DNA from: Octopus vulgaris
Taxonomy: Eukaryota
Direction of reading: 5' to 3'
DNA: 64,000 bases
Assembly (NCBI GenBank): GCA_951406725.2
Contig: OX597820.1
Location: 69,316,001-69,380,000 of the forward strand
Part shown: one piece after another, positions 40,938-55,810 of the stretch
Layout: the number at the start of each line of letters is the position of its first letter
Numbering within the stretch: the stretch's first letter is position 1
Translations under genes and position numbers: made by a program
Notes under the pieces: model-generated
What the model was told of the DNA's origin: nothing
What the model saw: only the letters and a program-made list of their open reading frames with translations
Databases searched by the model: none

Positions 40938-41259
40938 AGAGAGAGAATTTCTGCATAAGAAAAGAGCATATGTATGTGAGGAAGAAGATAAAGAATGATG
41001 GATGAATGTGAGAACAGAGACTTGTGGTTTGTACGTACTTTTAAAGAGAAAGGAAAGAACGGTGTATTGAAATTTATCAGGGAGAATACTGGATAGAGTG
41101 ACGATAAAAAGAACAGGAATTAGTGAAAAGGGGAAAGTATAGATACCATCATTTTTTATGTGTAGATGGCTGGTTTACATATGGAACATAAAAATAGCAG
41201 AACACCGCTACCAGTGTTATTTAAATCCCTATAACAACATTATTTATAATATTATTCTA

Positions 41260-41385
41260 AAGGCAGCGAACTAGCAGTATTGCTAGCATGCCAGGCAAAA
41301 TGCATCGCGGCACTGGAAGAGGTGTAGCGACTTAACCTCTTCCCCAAACTTGCTGGCCTTGTGACAATATTTGAAATCAATATTA
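41260..41385 (+). mobile_element. SINE family A, internally deleted old copy
   Basis: Head ggcagcgaactagcag..tagcatgccaggcaaaatgc joined to tail gctggccttgtgacaatatttgaaa. Confidence 0.6.
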
Positions 41386-41489
41386 TGAATACTCAAGAAT
41401 AATCTACTACCGACTTATACATGGACAGAAATTAAAACAGTAATGTCCTCTAATTTCCTAGTATTTGCTGTTGTCTTCTTCTTCTTCTT

Positions 41490-41520
<31 letters not shown>

Positions 41521-42916
41521 TTCTTCTTCTTCTTCTTCTTCTTCTTTTTCTTCTACTTCTTTTTCTTCTACTTCTACTTCTTTTTCTTGTTAAGTCTACC
41601 GGAGTTTTATGGAGGAGTAATTAGCACTGTTTTATGATATGAAATGGCTGAAACTAAACGTTCCTGGCATCGGTCGTCAGTCGAATGCAAGATAACATTT
41701 ACTCGTGATCGGCGTCAGATGACATTTAAAGTGAAAAATCATGTATTTGGCCTATAATACCCACAAACCCAATAAACACGAATGGTTGGCCTCGGTTTCA
41801 AGGCGTTAACATACTTTTGACAAGACACCATCAAAAGTATAATTCCTGTAAGATCTGTTCTCACTTAAAAAGAGTTTCTGAATAGTGTAAATAACTCTCA
41901 AAAACCACAAGACCTTATGCACACCTATGGCTAGACGACATTTCATAGCCTTAAATTCTGGGTATATTGAAGCTAATATTACATGATGATCTGCTAGATG
42001 CTATTGATGCATTTAGGTCTTAAGTAAGGGAACAATATAGAACGTTGCTCAGACTGCCAGCTCCCTATAGAGTTCTGTAGGTGCTGTGCACCATTTCGTA
42101 GGAGTGGGTTCTCCCCTCAGCTAATATGTACCACAAACTTCCAATTTTTTAAAGCTATTCTATGTAAATGTATGTATTTATATTTACCTTGATATATATA
42201 TATATATATGTGTGTGTGTGTTTTGTAATTTAAATTGGGTGCGAAGTGAGACAATTGTAGGCAATATTAAAGAATTGATAGACTAATTCATATCCAATGA
42301 AAGTCTCTATTTTCAAACTTATTAACACATATATATTTATGTATATTTGTGTGTGTTTTTGGTATAAATGCAGGTATATAGTTGTGCATGTCTGTATATG
42401 TGTTTATATGTTATATATGCATGTATATATGTGTGTGTGTATGTATGTGTGTGTGTGTTTGCGCGCGCGTGCATCCGTGTGTTTGTGTATTGATAGAATT
42501 ATTAGAATTTCAAATTTATGTTGGTCTACATCAGCAAGTTGCGAACAGTATACCTGCTTGAGTAACTTTGGGAATGTCTAATGTGGCTGGAATGACAGGA
42601 AATAGCAACGAAACCTCCCTCAATTGAAATCTTAACATTTCAGATGTTGTCTGACATAGCTCTAACATTTCAGAGAAGGCCACCACTCGATTATCTTTTG
42701 ATCATAGATCAGCTCGACCAAAACTGACCTGGAGCGAAACAATGACAGCCATAATTGATGACATTTGTATAATGACTTTTATGAGAGCAGGGTAGAAATT
42801 CTAAAGTCCTAAATACTTATACAAAGGAAATATATTGTACCTGTATATATCAAAGATAAAAAAAATGGGGGCGGGCGATATAAAAGTGGAGCCGGGGGAT
42901 TATACTTATATGCATT

Positions 42917-43283
42917 AGGAGTGGCTGTGTAGTAAGTAGCTTGCTTGCGTGACACCTTGGGCAAGTGTCTTCTACTATAGCCTCGGGCCGACTAAAGCCT
43001 TATGAGTGGATTTGGTAGATGGAAACTGAAAGAAGCCCGTCGTATATATCTATATGTATATATATGTGTGCGTGTGTTTATACGTCTGTGTTTGCCCCCC
43101 CCCCCATATCGCTTGACAACATATGCGGTGTGTTTACGTCTCCGTATCTTAGTGGTTCGGCAAAAGAGACCGATAGAATATATAGTAGGCTTACAAAGAA
43201 TAAGTCCTGGGGCCGATTTGCTCGACTAAAGGCGGTGCTCCAGCATGACCGCAGTCAAATGATTGAAACACGTAAAAGAGAGT
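42917..43283 (+). mobile_element. SINE family B with B-box region deleted
   Basis: ggagtggctgtgtagtaagtagcttgct joins directly to gcgtgacaccttgggcaagtgtcttctactatagcctcgggccgac; the 3' module and tail are intact. Confidence 0.92.
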
Positions 43284-43537
43284 AATAAATCTTTTAAATT
43301 GAATCAAAATTCTACGTTTATGGATGCATGTAGATCTGTCGAATACAATCCTTGTTGTCTTTTATGTTCTGATCCTTATCTCAGTAACCTAGCAGCTCGA
43401 CTATTAGAGATTAATACAAGTTGAAATATATATTTGGATGGATAAGGGTGATGAAAATCTTGAAGTCAGGCAGCAGAAATACCGCAAACCCATGATTAAA
43501 ACCGAAATATGTATATATACATATATAAGGATGTGTA

Positions 43538-43580
<43 letters not shown>

Positions 43581-44410
43581 GTGTGCGTATGCGAACATAC
43601 AATCTTTGACGTCGAAGAATATTTAAGTGTATAATTTACATATGTTCGTGTGTACCTTTCTAGATCTTTCTAATCTTGTTTTTTTTTTTAATTTTAATTT
43701 TTTTTAGTTTTTTGCTGCATCTATTTAAGATCATCCATTGTGCCAATCAGGCTGTTTTAAATTTGATAGTATATAAATAAACAAAATAAGCAAAGAAAAA
43801 AATGGAATAAAATTTAGATATATAAGCGAAATTTTAGAGAGAAAATTAAAGAGGAAAATTCGCCATAATATCATTGACAGTGAAGATCTTATGGAATCGA
43901 ATTGATTTGTAAATTAAATGCAACATTGGAACGTGCTTTTCGCAGTGTATTTCAACGATGTTTGCGTGCTTATTGTGTTGTTTACTGGCTGGTTTATATT
44001 AGTATTCCTCAGTTTTTTTTGTTTATCCACTCAGTTGTTTGTTTGTTACGATTGTAGTTGTTGTTGTTATATTTGAGCACGACGATGCTATAAAGTAGTT
44101 GTAGCGTACGTTTGAACCATTGTATGTGTGTGTGTCTGAGTACATATATGTGTTTTAATCTTTATGTTATTCTTATTTTATCTGTGTCTTATTGTATGTA
44201 TGTGTGTGTGTGTTTGTGTGTAGGTGCATATGTGTGCCTGTGTGTATCATTTAATAAATAGCAAACTTCCATACATACGATTACCGTTGAGCTGTGTTCT
44301 GCTATGCTGTCTTTGCAAATGCAGATGGCACGTTACGCCATGTTTCTTCCCCATTGCAATTGCGTTTCCACTTCTCTCTTACTGATTAAGTGCCTTTTGT
44401 TTTTTTTAAC

Positions 44411-44509
<99 letters not shown>

Positions 44510-45922
44510 GCGTACACTTTTTTTTGTAATTTATAATTTATAATTCCATTTCACTAGCATGATAAGAGGATTTCTTAAGCAATTCCCTTCAATTGAACGA
44601 ACATTGAAAATCATCTCCAAATCATCTCAAAAATATCTTAAAATTATCTTGAATTGTAATTTCGTCCACTAAAGTATGTTTTTAAAAAAACATCATGCGG
44701 GGGAGGAGGATGAAGGCGTGGATATGATGATGTGTTGGTGAAACAGAATGTTTTTACTCGTCACTGGAATAATAAATTAGATGTACTTGAAATCTATTAT
44801 TATATATTGTTGCTGTTCATCTTTAGTATAAAGTCAGCCATGAGAAATGGTGGCATTCCGGCCGTGACAATTCCGACTTTTATTTTCTTTCGATATAGTG
44901 CATCTAGCAAAACATTATGCAACATAATTTTCAGTTCGATTCCCGTTCAAAGATCTAATAGTTCTCACCTAAACAAACATACATAGAGTTGGTTTCTAAC
45001 ATATATGCATTTATGTGAGTGTATATGTATTTGTGCACACATACACACACACTCACACACGTATATATGCATCCATATATATACACACACATATATAAAT
45101 ATAAATACATACACACACACACACATATATATATGTATATATATAAATATCTGTGTATATATGTATGCATATATGTTGTACACATAATTTAATTGTGAAT
45201 ACAAAGCATGCTTGTATGTATTCGCCAACAAAATACATAAGTCACCAAGTACATCTCAGTTATTCATAACGGGTTATTTTTTCTCTAAAGTGCTCAAAAA
45301 TCCTTCATATAAATTATGAATTATTTGGTACTATGACATTAAACTTATACAGGAAAAAGAATCTTCTGATATACGATATGAACGAGTTGCGTGAGACATT
45401 ACACAGTAACAAATCTAAACCTATATAACGTTCTGTGGTGTGAACCATAGCCTTGCTAAGTTGTTGACGAACACAGGGAAGAAATTCTGAACCAACTCTC
45501 ATTCTGTTCATTTAATCATTGAATGCTAGAGCATTCCAAAATGCAGTGTTCCGAATGTATTTATTGTATTGTTGCTACATCTGAAAAGATCAGCGACAGC
45601 TTACATATACTTTCGTTGGCTCAATTTTTATTTGGTACTATACTTTGAATGAGATTTAGAACTGTTGAAAATTGCACTGATATCCTTGAGTTATCTATTT
45701 CTGCAACATCCAGTATGAAATGATAAACATACCTCAGAGTTATACCTCAGAGTTCAAAAGGATTTCAATGCTATATGATATTGTGCGACATATCAGTCTA
45801 TGATGTACTGTTTCGTTATGATTTTTGCCAACTTAATTGTGAAATGGAGGTGTGCATTTATGTTTGCCAAAATAAATTGACAGCAAGTACCGCAATGACA
45901 CAAAAAAGGTTGTGTGTGTATG

Positions 45923-45975
<53 letters not shown>

Positions 45976-46150
45976 ATTGCTCAGTTTTATTTCAAGATTT
46001 CTTGCCAATAGAGAAAGAGTTGGTTTCTAACATCAACAGTAGGATAGTTTTGTTTATATGTATGTATGCATGTATATGTGTGTATGTATGAATATATTAT
46101 ACATATGTATCTATATGTATGCATGTATATATGTATATACATATATATCC

Positions 46151-46289
<139 letters not shown>

Positions 46290-47485
46290 TAGATATACAT
46301 ACACATGCACTTATACCCAATATGTCTCCAACTTTAATAAATATGTTGCTCGTTATGTGACGCATTTAATTGCCAAAACCTTTGGTTCACTTACTCTGCG
46401 TTGTTTCACATCTAGCAGGTTGCTGCAATTTCATATAGACAGAAGCAGAGAGAGAAAAAAAAAACGAAACTTATGGTTATAAACTTTCAGTTGTATTGAA
46501 AGTTATGGATTTTGCCTTCCATACTTTAGTATGAAATAACAATTGAAGTTAGGGTGATTACAATAGAAGTAGGAGAGAAAAGGCGTTTCGTTATAAGCAC
46601 TCTTCAGAATTCATCAGTTTTCACCATACAAGTAACGTTAGGCAAGTAGATATATATATATATATGTATGTATTCATGCATGTGTGTATATACATGTATG
46701 TACGCATATATGCTTGAGTATAAAGGTGTGGCGCTTTTGTCTATGAATATGTACGTTGCTGAGTCGAGGATTGTATTGCATTTCGTCAGTCAATCATATA
46801 TCTAAGTGTATTTATGTGAATAAAGACGGACTTTTCGATCGGTTGAATTATTTACACACTACTCGAGTTTCTTAGCAATTTGATGGTCCTTATAAATGAA
46901 AATGGACTTATTTCGATTCGATCTCAGAAATTCATTATTTTGAGTGACTTTAACGCTAGTTGGGTTTTTTCCTCCATCGCAATTTTGTTTTGATTATTGT
47001 AGTTTTACCGTTTCCCTACATCTAATAAAATTATCGGAGTTCTGTTAACATGCCGTCCACATCACTAGACATATCTTATTGCCTTGGATTTTGGAGAGGT
47101 TTCAAAGAAGTTTTTTTTTTTTACTTCTTGTTTATACTCTTTTCTATCAACTAGCACTGTTGAGTGCATTTCCTTAGAAGTGATGTATCTGATTTCAAAT
47201 TTCCGTATGTATTTCACTGTTCTTGTTAACGTATACATCTCCTTACACTCTATTTTTTTCCTCTCCCTTTCTCTGTGTCTCTGTCTCTATCTGTCTATCT
47301 ATCTCTCTTTCTTTGTTTATATATATATATATATATATATACATATCTGTATAAAATGCATATATATATATATATATTATATGTTATGTAGATATTATAT
47401 ATAATATATACACATAACTGTATATGTATACATGATGCATAATATATATAATATATTATGTATCTCAGTATGTTATATATATGCC

Positions 47486-47537
<52 letters not shown>

Positions 47538-47646
47538 TGTATATATGCATGTAAATATATATATATATATATATAAATACATACACATGCATATATATGC
47601 ATACGTAATACATATACATATACATATTCATACATACATACATACA

Positions 47647-47688
<42 letters not shown>

Positions 47689-48156
47689 CATACATACATA
47701 CACACAACCATCAATTTATCTACCTATCAATCTATTCATGTATGTATGTATGTATCTCTATCCATCTATCTATCTATCTATATGTCTATCTTTTTAACTA
47801 GCTCTATATATGTAAGTGAAGATGTTTGCACGTACAGATCTGATCATGTTTATGACACGAGTTATATTTCGCTAACTTCATTCCCTTTCATCTTTTCAAT
47901 TGGACTTCAATCTTCTCACTTTTCACTACCAGTTTGCTTACTCTTGAAAAAATATCGTATGTTAAAGTTGCGCTTCATTGCTTTATTTCCTTACCTTCCC
48001 ATTCCCATCTTAAGCAATTCCTCTCGGGTTCTTTGACTCATCTATGTCTGTTTGCCGTGTTACCTACCATCTTTAACTCAATTCCTATCATTCCTTCAAT
48101 ACACTGCATCGCCATCCATCACATTTTTATTAATTATTTTCAAGTTTCTATGTGAT

Positions 48157-48239
<83 letters not shown>

Positions 48240-48264
48240 TAAATAGATAGATATGTACATGTAG

Positions 48265-48304
<40 letters not shown>

Positions 48305-48358
48305 ATGTTTCTATGTATATTTATCAACTACCTCTTTATATCTATATATACATATATA

Positions 48359-48628
48359 GTGGAGGCTTAGTGGTTAGGGTGTCAGTATCATGATCGTAAG
48401 ATTGTGGTTTCGATTCCTGAACCGGGCGACACGTTGTGTTCTTGAGCAAAACACTTCATTTCACGTTGCTCTATTCCACTCAGCTGGAAACAATGAGTAG
48501 CGCTGCGATGGACTGGCGTCCCGTCCAGGTGGGGAACACATATGCCATAGAAACCGGGAAAACAGGCCCATGAGCCTGGCTAGGCTTTAAAAGGGCGCAT
48601 TTATTTATTTATTTATATATTTATTTAT
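48359..48628 (+). mobile_element. SINE family C, full length with (TTTA)n tail
   Basis: A box ggcttagtggtt, B box ggtttcgattcc, CORE-like gtgttcttgagcaaaacactt, V-domain-like ctgcgatggactggcgtcccgtccagg, simple-repeat tail. Confidence 0.85.
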
Positions 48629-49149
48629 TCATTATATACATATATATGTACGTGTGTATGTGCATGTATATATTATGCGTGTGTATGTGTAAGTAAACGT
48701 AAGCGCGCGCACTTGCATGTGGCTGAATGGAAATCACTTTAGTGCACCACTTTTCATACAAATGAAAATAATGTGTGGTCTCACACATGTAGTACAGAGG
48801 AACGAAAATCTTCGATCATGTGGCATCTAAGCTATTATTAGACAGAAACTCATTTAAAGAGTCTGAGAAATTTGAATCACAGGGATAAAATTCCAAGAAG
48901 ACCTGTCGATTGAAATATGTGGACAGTAAAATTTATGCGGTTGGCTCTAAGAACCAGACCCGCTCAACTCATTGATACGTTGGTTACGTCGTAATACGCA
49001 GTGTTGGTTGTGAAACCTATTGACATGTTCTATAGCAAATTATCACAAGAAAGTGAAACGAATTTAACGCAAGTTATGATATAAGGTTACACTCACATGT
49101 AGACACACACATGTAGGTGCGTGTGTGTATGGTCAGATCTGTATTCACA

Positions 49150-49550
49150 TTGATCACTCTTAGTTTCACCAACTTAATAATATGTCCCTCACTAAAGAGG
49201 TCTGATGCTTACTCCCGTGGGCTTTAAAGACCAGCTCCGTGCTAATTTTCACTGAGCATAGTTCTAGAATTTCCATCACCTGATATTGTTGAAATGTTCT
49301 CTTCTTTAGTTTTTAAACGAACTTAAAAGACGATCTTTGCTTCAATAATTTCTTTCAACTGAATTATTTTTCACCTCAAAATAGTACGTTTGCAAGATGT
49401 CAGCGAGGTATACTAACTAACCTGTGGGATCTTCACCCTCAGCCATATTTCTCCACCCTTGTTTTGTAAATTATTTCCCCTAAACACATCGAGTAAAGAT
49501 TGATGACTTCTTGGGCCGGCGAAAGATCTACGTCCTCTCTACGTTATTGC
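49150..49550 (-). pseudogene. Possible very decayed AP-endonuclease domain of a non-LTR element
   Basis: Minus-strand peptides RREDVDLSPAQEV and KDRLL/VRLKTKEENISTIS occur in the order expected for RRxxDIxxLQE and DRxxxVRL...IIS motifs; many stops and frameshifts. Confidence 0.25.
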
Positions 49551-50074
49551 CCTACCTGCAGTAAGACCCATGTAGAGTACACATCAAATAGACCATCGGA
49601 TACCTAAGTATTACTCCATGTGTGACTAACAAACGTCATGTGAACGGGTGTATTTTCATTTGAGCATAGGGTTTGCTCAATTAGGGGCTGACTCCAGACT
49701 GATCAACAAAATCAAAGCAACAAAAACAACAAAAATCAATAGTAATAACAACACCAATGTTGTTAAATCCATCACCACCACCACCACTGCAGAAAACAAC
49801 AACAACAACAACAACAGCAGCAGCAGCAATTGCTTTAATGATACCTATTCAGCCCTTTTTACATAAATTTATGTAATGGTCCTTGGTATATGAAATTGAG
49901 AAATTTCTCAGAAGTTTTTTCTTCTTTTTTTTTTGTCAGAGATTTTTGTTTTATTTCACATTTCGTTTTCTTTTATTGGTTTGTTTTACTTTTCACTAGC
50001 AAAGAAATCTCAACTTGGGATTTAATATTGTTATACATATATCCATGTGTGTGCATGCGTGTATCAGCAAGTGT

Positions 50075-50137
<63 letters not shown>

Positions 50138-50264
50138 GAGACAATAGATACACTATATTTTTCTCTGTTTTCTATACCTTCCTTCCTACAGCCCAAAATA
50201 TATTACTGGCGGCGATGATAGGTTTTGCTGCATGTTTTCGAATGTTTTATACACACATAAATAC

Positions 50265-50329
<65 letters not shown>

Positions 50330-51523
50330 ATATATTCATATATATATATATATGAATATATATATATATATATATGTATATACGTATATATATATATTTA
50401 TAAATGTATGTATGTATGTATTTATATATATGTATATATGCATGTATGTATCTGCCATCTTCTCACCACTTTAACCAAAATATTTCTTGAAAATTTCCCT
50501 GCCGGCAGTACAACATTTCATGCACTTCTCACAGCCACGAGTAAAATATATTTTCGATTGTTCTTTCAATACTCTCTTACTAAACAAACCATTTTCAACT
50601 ACTTCCCTGCCATTTGGTGAAATAGTATTCAATCTCTGTGTGTACGTGTGTACGTGTGTATGTGTGCGTACGTATGTGTATGTGTATGCGTGTTTGTTTC
50701 TATATGTGTGTTGCTCTGATTATGTGTAAATATAGATATGAATGTATTACTCTTTGTGTGTGCTTATGTGTATGTATATGTATATGAACATGCCTTTAAG
50801 TGCATACATACATGTATATCCTTCTATTCTTTTATGCGATTCAGTGGCAGCCATTCTGGAGCACAGCCTCTATCATGATCTTTTCAATGGCTATTCTCAG
50901 GTTATCCGGTTTAACTTTTCTTGAAGGAGGGTGTTTGACATTGCGACACAGACACGCGCACACACACGCATATATGCATGCACTGGGCTTTCACAGAGTT
51001 CCTGTTCAAGTCAAACACAAAGGTTTGCCCGACCCGGGACCAAAGTAGTTGCGAATCGGACTTTAAAGACCTATTTAAAAGGCGTGAACACGAATTCTGA
51101 GCCAGAGACTTTTAACCCTCCTCTGACGTGGTACCCTAATTCGTGTTAAACATTAATGCAACGTTTCACTTTTAATGGCCATCAAATATTTAACACAATT
51201 TCTCCTCCCCCTCCTCCTCCTCCTATCCCTCCTATCCCTCCTTCTCCTCCTCTAAGTCATACTATTTTCTCGTTCACGGTGCTGGGTCAATTGTTTTCTT
51301 TTTGTATTTATACGTTCATTGAATAGTCGATTTTTATATTCGAGCTAACACTTGGATTAGCTTAATCTTAATCCAATGTTCCAAAGATAGATATGTAAAA
51401 AATAAGCCATCATAATAACGAAAAGTACTTTTACTTAAACAGACACATACACACACACACATACATACAAACTCATACAGCACAGTGCCTCTAATTCAAT
51501 GATAACAAATGTTACTGCTGCCG

Positions 51524-51567
<44 letters not shown>

Positions 51568-51600
51568 GTTACTACTACTACTATTACTACTGCTATATAA

Positions 51601-51812
51601 TCTTTCCTACTATAAACACAAGGCTTGTAACTTTGGGTGACAGGTTCGTCGATTACATCAACTTCAAAGCTCAACCGGTACTTCACTTATCGACCCCGAA
51701 TGATGAAACGCGGTGTCGCCTTCAGTGGAATTTTAAATTTAGAACCTAAAGCCAGAGGAAATGCCGCTAAGCATGTTGTCAGGTATAATAACGATTCTGC
51801 TCGTTGCCCACG
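51601..51812 (-). mobile_element. SINE family A, older copy with alternative tail
   Basis: cacaaggc...gtcgattacatc...ggtacttcacttatcgaccccgaatgatgaaa...aaatgccgctaagcat. Confidence 0.78.
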
Positions 51813-51900
51813 CGACGAAGGCGATGAAACTACAGATTTCTTACATGGCCTTAAATGAGAAAATGAAATGAAACGAACGGTCAAAAGAAAATATCGAAAA

Positions 51901-52133
51901 GGCAGTGAGCTGGGAGAAACGTTAGCACGCTGGGTGAAATGCTTAGCAGTATTTCGTCTGTCTTTATGTTCCGAGTTCGAATCTCGCCGAGGTTGACTTT
52001 GCCTTTCATACTTTCGGGGTCGATACATTAAGTACCAGTTACGCACTGGGGGGTCGATGTAATAGACTTAAACCCTTTGTCTGTCCTTGTTTGTCGCCTC
52101 TATGTTTAGCTCCTTGTGGGCAATAAAGAAATA
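51901..52133 (+). mobile_element. SINE family A, full-length young copy with probable TSD
   Basis: Collinear with 13616-13848; B box gagttcgaatctc; flanks aagaaaatatcga (51885-51897) and aagaaaatattcga (52133-52146). Confidence 0.92.
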
Positions 52134-52661
52134 AGAAAATATTCGAGCCCAATTCGATCATTAATCTACATTATCGCCACAAGAGCAAATGAAAGAGCTA
52201 AAGTCCACCACAGACCTCTACCAGATTTGAACTCATTAACTAAATGCCCGTGACTATATACAGCTGTATTATTCCTACGGTTTACTTTATATTCGTACAG
52301 ACAATGTTCATGATGATTGCGCTGAGAGTTATGATGATAATCGTCATTATCATATAAGCATCTTCATCGTGGCTACAACGGTTAATTCCGTTATTATGCA
52401 TGCAGTCGTTTTTGTTTTTAGCTTGGGTCACTATTTTTTTCAATGCAGCACATTCCAGCAATGACAAATTCGTAACAGAAAGGTCAATTTAATTACAATA
52501 TATTAAAGGTCCCCACCCTAAATATCCTATCTTTCTCTCACACACACACTTTCTTCCCCAACTATCACCCTCCCCCCTCTAATCTCTCTCTCTCTCTCTG
52601 TATATATCTATGTATATATATATATATATATATATACACATAAATAAATACATATATATAA

Positions 52662-52734
<73 letters not shown>

Positions 52735-52844
52735 CGTACTTATATGTACCTATGTATAGATATGTATATATGAATTTGTATGTATCTCTATATGCTTAAA
52801 GTTACTTGCATACAGATATATATAAGTATTTATACGTGCGTAAA

Positions 52845-52924
<80 letters not shown>

Positions 52925-53924
52925 GTATGTATGTATATATGTATATTTATGATATATATGTGAGTACATATGTGTTTGCAGATATATAAGCATATTTACA
53001 TATGCATATTAAAAGGTTGCTTATAACACTGTAACGTACTTTTTTTCTATATATTCCTGCGGTTGCATATTTAAATCATATATGTATGAGTCTGTAACAT
53101 ACAAATGTTAAATAATAATTACATATTCATAATCCTCCACGCTCACGTGCACAGGTGTATAGTGACATAAAAATTTTACACAAGTAATATGAGCTATCTA
53201 CCCCAGCAAAACCTCAACCAACATTGTGTGTGTGTGTGCTTGTGTATTTGTATGAGACTGCGTGTGTGTGTTAGCAGTATCTAATTAATATTAATATGTA
53301 TCTATGAATCTGCACATATATGTGGAATATGTGTATTGAATTACACGATAATCTAAGAGATGTCGACTGCCAAACCAAATGTCAATATATGATACAACGG
53401 TTTCAGCTTACTCAATGAATAATCGCCAAGCAAAGTGCCAATACATTAAATTTTGCTATTACGCTATTATCTGAATTATATATATGTGCGTGAGTGTGTT
53501 TGTGTCTATTATATATATATAATGTAGGTGGCTTATTACCAGTTTTAAACCTAAAGGCAAATTTATAAACGTCACTAAAGTGACATGGTATTGCTAGAAA
53601 TAAAACTCAAAACGAGTAGCTAATGAGTCGTTTTGACTCCTATTTCTAGCAATGCTGGCACCACTTTGTACCCTTGTCACTTTTCATAATTATTCATCGT
53701 ATATTATTATTCATTTGATTATAATATACCTAGGGAATTTACGACTTGTCGGACATCCTAGAATATACTGATAGTTTTACTCATAAGGAAAGATTTCTTT
53801 TTGTACACAATTGAAATATCCTATTTGATACTCACCAACCATAGTCCGGCACCACAGAGATTACCCAAGCCTACCTGGTGCAAACCTTTTCAAGTACCTG
53901 ATTCCATTGGAATCCTTCTTATAG

Positions 53925-54050
<126 letters not shown>

Positions 54051-54079
54051 TATGTATATATATATATATATGTATGTAC

Positions 54080-54130
<51 letters not shown>

Positions 54131-54374
54131 CATATATATATATGTATGTATGTAGGTATATGTATACATATATATATATAAATATATATATATACATATA
54201 TATATATACATATATATATACACATACACATGTAATTATTCATACATACTTACGTACTTTTGCATATATGTATATATACCATGTGTTTATACAAGCACAC
54301 ACGTATATAAGTACACACACACCCATATATATGAATGTATACACATAGATATAAATAAATATATACAATATATA

Positions 54375-54518
<144 letters not shown>

Positions 54519-55189
54519 CACATATGGCCGCAGTAAAATGACTGAAACAAGTTAAAGAATAAAAGAATATACACAAATACACGCACACACTTATACATAC
54601 ATACATACACACATACGCACACATGTTAATACTTACATACACGCTCACAATAATCTTAAATACACGCAGAATATCCGTGCATTCTGAGCTGAAAGATGTG
54701 TTACACTGACAATGTCTTGTTTATGTGGCTTCACCTATTCGCTGAACACAAAACACACATACACACATGCACACACTTGCAAACACATACACACACACAC
54801 ATACTCTCTCTCTCACACACACACATACACTCAAACACACATACACATACATTTATTAAAATGGAAAAAAAACATAAATATATAAAAGAATAAAAATAAA
54901 GTAAAAACACAATTGACAAAAATAGCTTTTATCTGAAAATAACCACTTTATATTGATAACTATTCCCACGACGTGTACGTTCGTAATCAGTCTATTATAA
55001 TGTGAGCTATTCCCACGGCACATTTTTCTCTTTCACGTAGCCATAGTTTATTATACAGGCCGACATTTTCGGACGTTTCCAATTTATATTACACTTGCAG
55101 TTAGTTCATTAACCACTTTTTCGATTTCTCAGCAAATTTCGGGGCCAATATCATTCAAGAATCAGGAATGACGAGCTATGACGATGGCG

Positions 55190-55195
55190 TTATCA

Positions 55196-55263
<68 letters not shown>

Positions 55264-55810
55264 TTGTATTTTCGTTAAATTTTGTCGTTGTTGTTGCTGT
55301 TGTTACTATTGTCATAGCTCTAGTCACTGTCGTTGTCCATTCTTGGAACTATGCTTACACCTCCTTGTCGTCTTCCTCCTTCTTTTCATTCTCTTTTTTT
55401 CTTTTTATTCATCTTGTTGTTCTTCATATTCTTTTACTACGTTTTCTTCTTGTTCTCTTTTCGTTGTTCTTGTTTTGTTTTTTTTGCATTCTTCTTCTTC
55501 TTCTTCTTCTTCTTCTTCTTCTTCTTCTTCTTCTTCTTCTTTTTCTTCTTCTTTTTCTTCTTCTTCTTCTTCGTCTTCTTCTTCTTTATCATCATCATCA
55601 ACATCATCTCCGTCATCATCCTCATCACCATCACCACCACCACCACCACCACCACCACCACCAAAACCACCACCATCATCATCTTCATCATCATCTTCAT
55701 CTTCTTCTCTTCTTTTTCTTCTTCTTCTTCTTCTTCTTCTTCTTCGTCTTCTTCTCCTATTCTTCTTTTTCTTCCCCCTCCTCTTCCTCCTCCTCCTCCT
55801 CCTCCCCACC
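55190..55810. repeat. Long compound trinucleotide / pyrimidine-rich tract (TTA, TTG, TTC, TCA, CCA, CCT)
   Basis: Directly visible; generates the 258-aa low-complexity ORF. Confidence 0.92.

Noticed and set aside
48359-48430. Possible tRNA gene
   Set aside because: A and B boxes are present but no clean cloverleaf, and it continues into a SINE body and tail.
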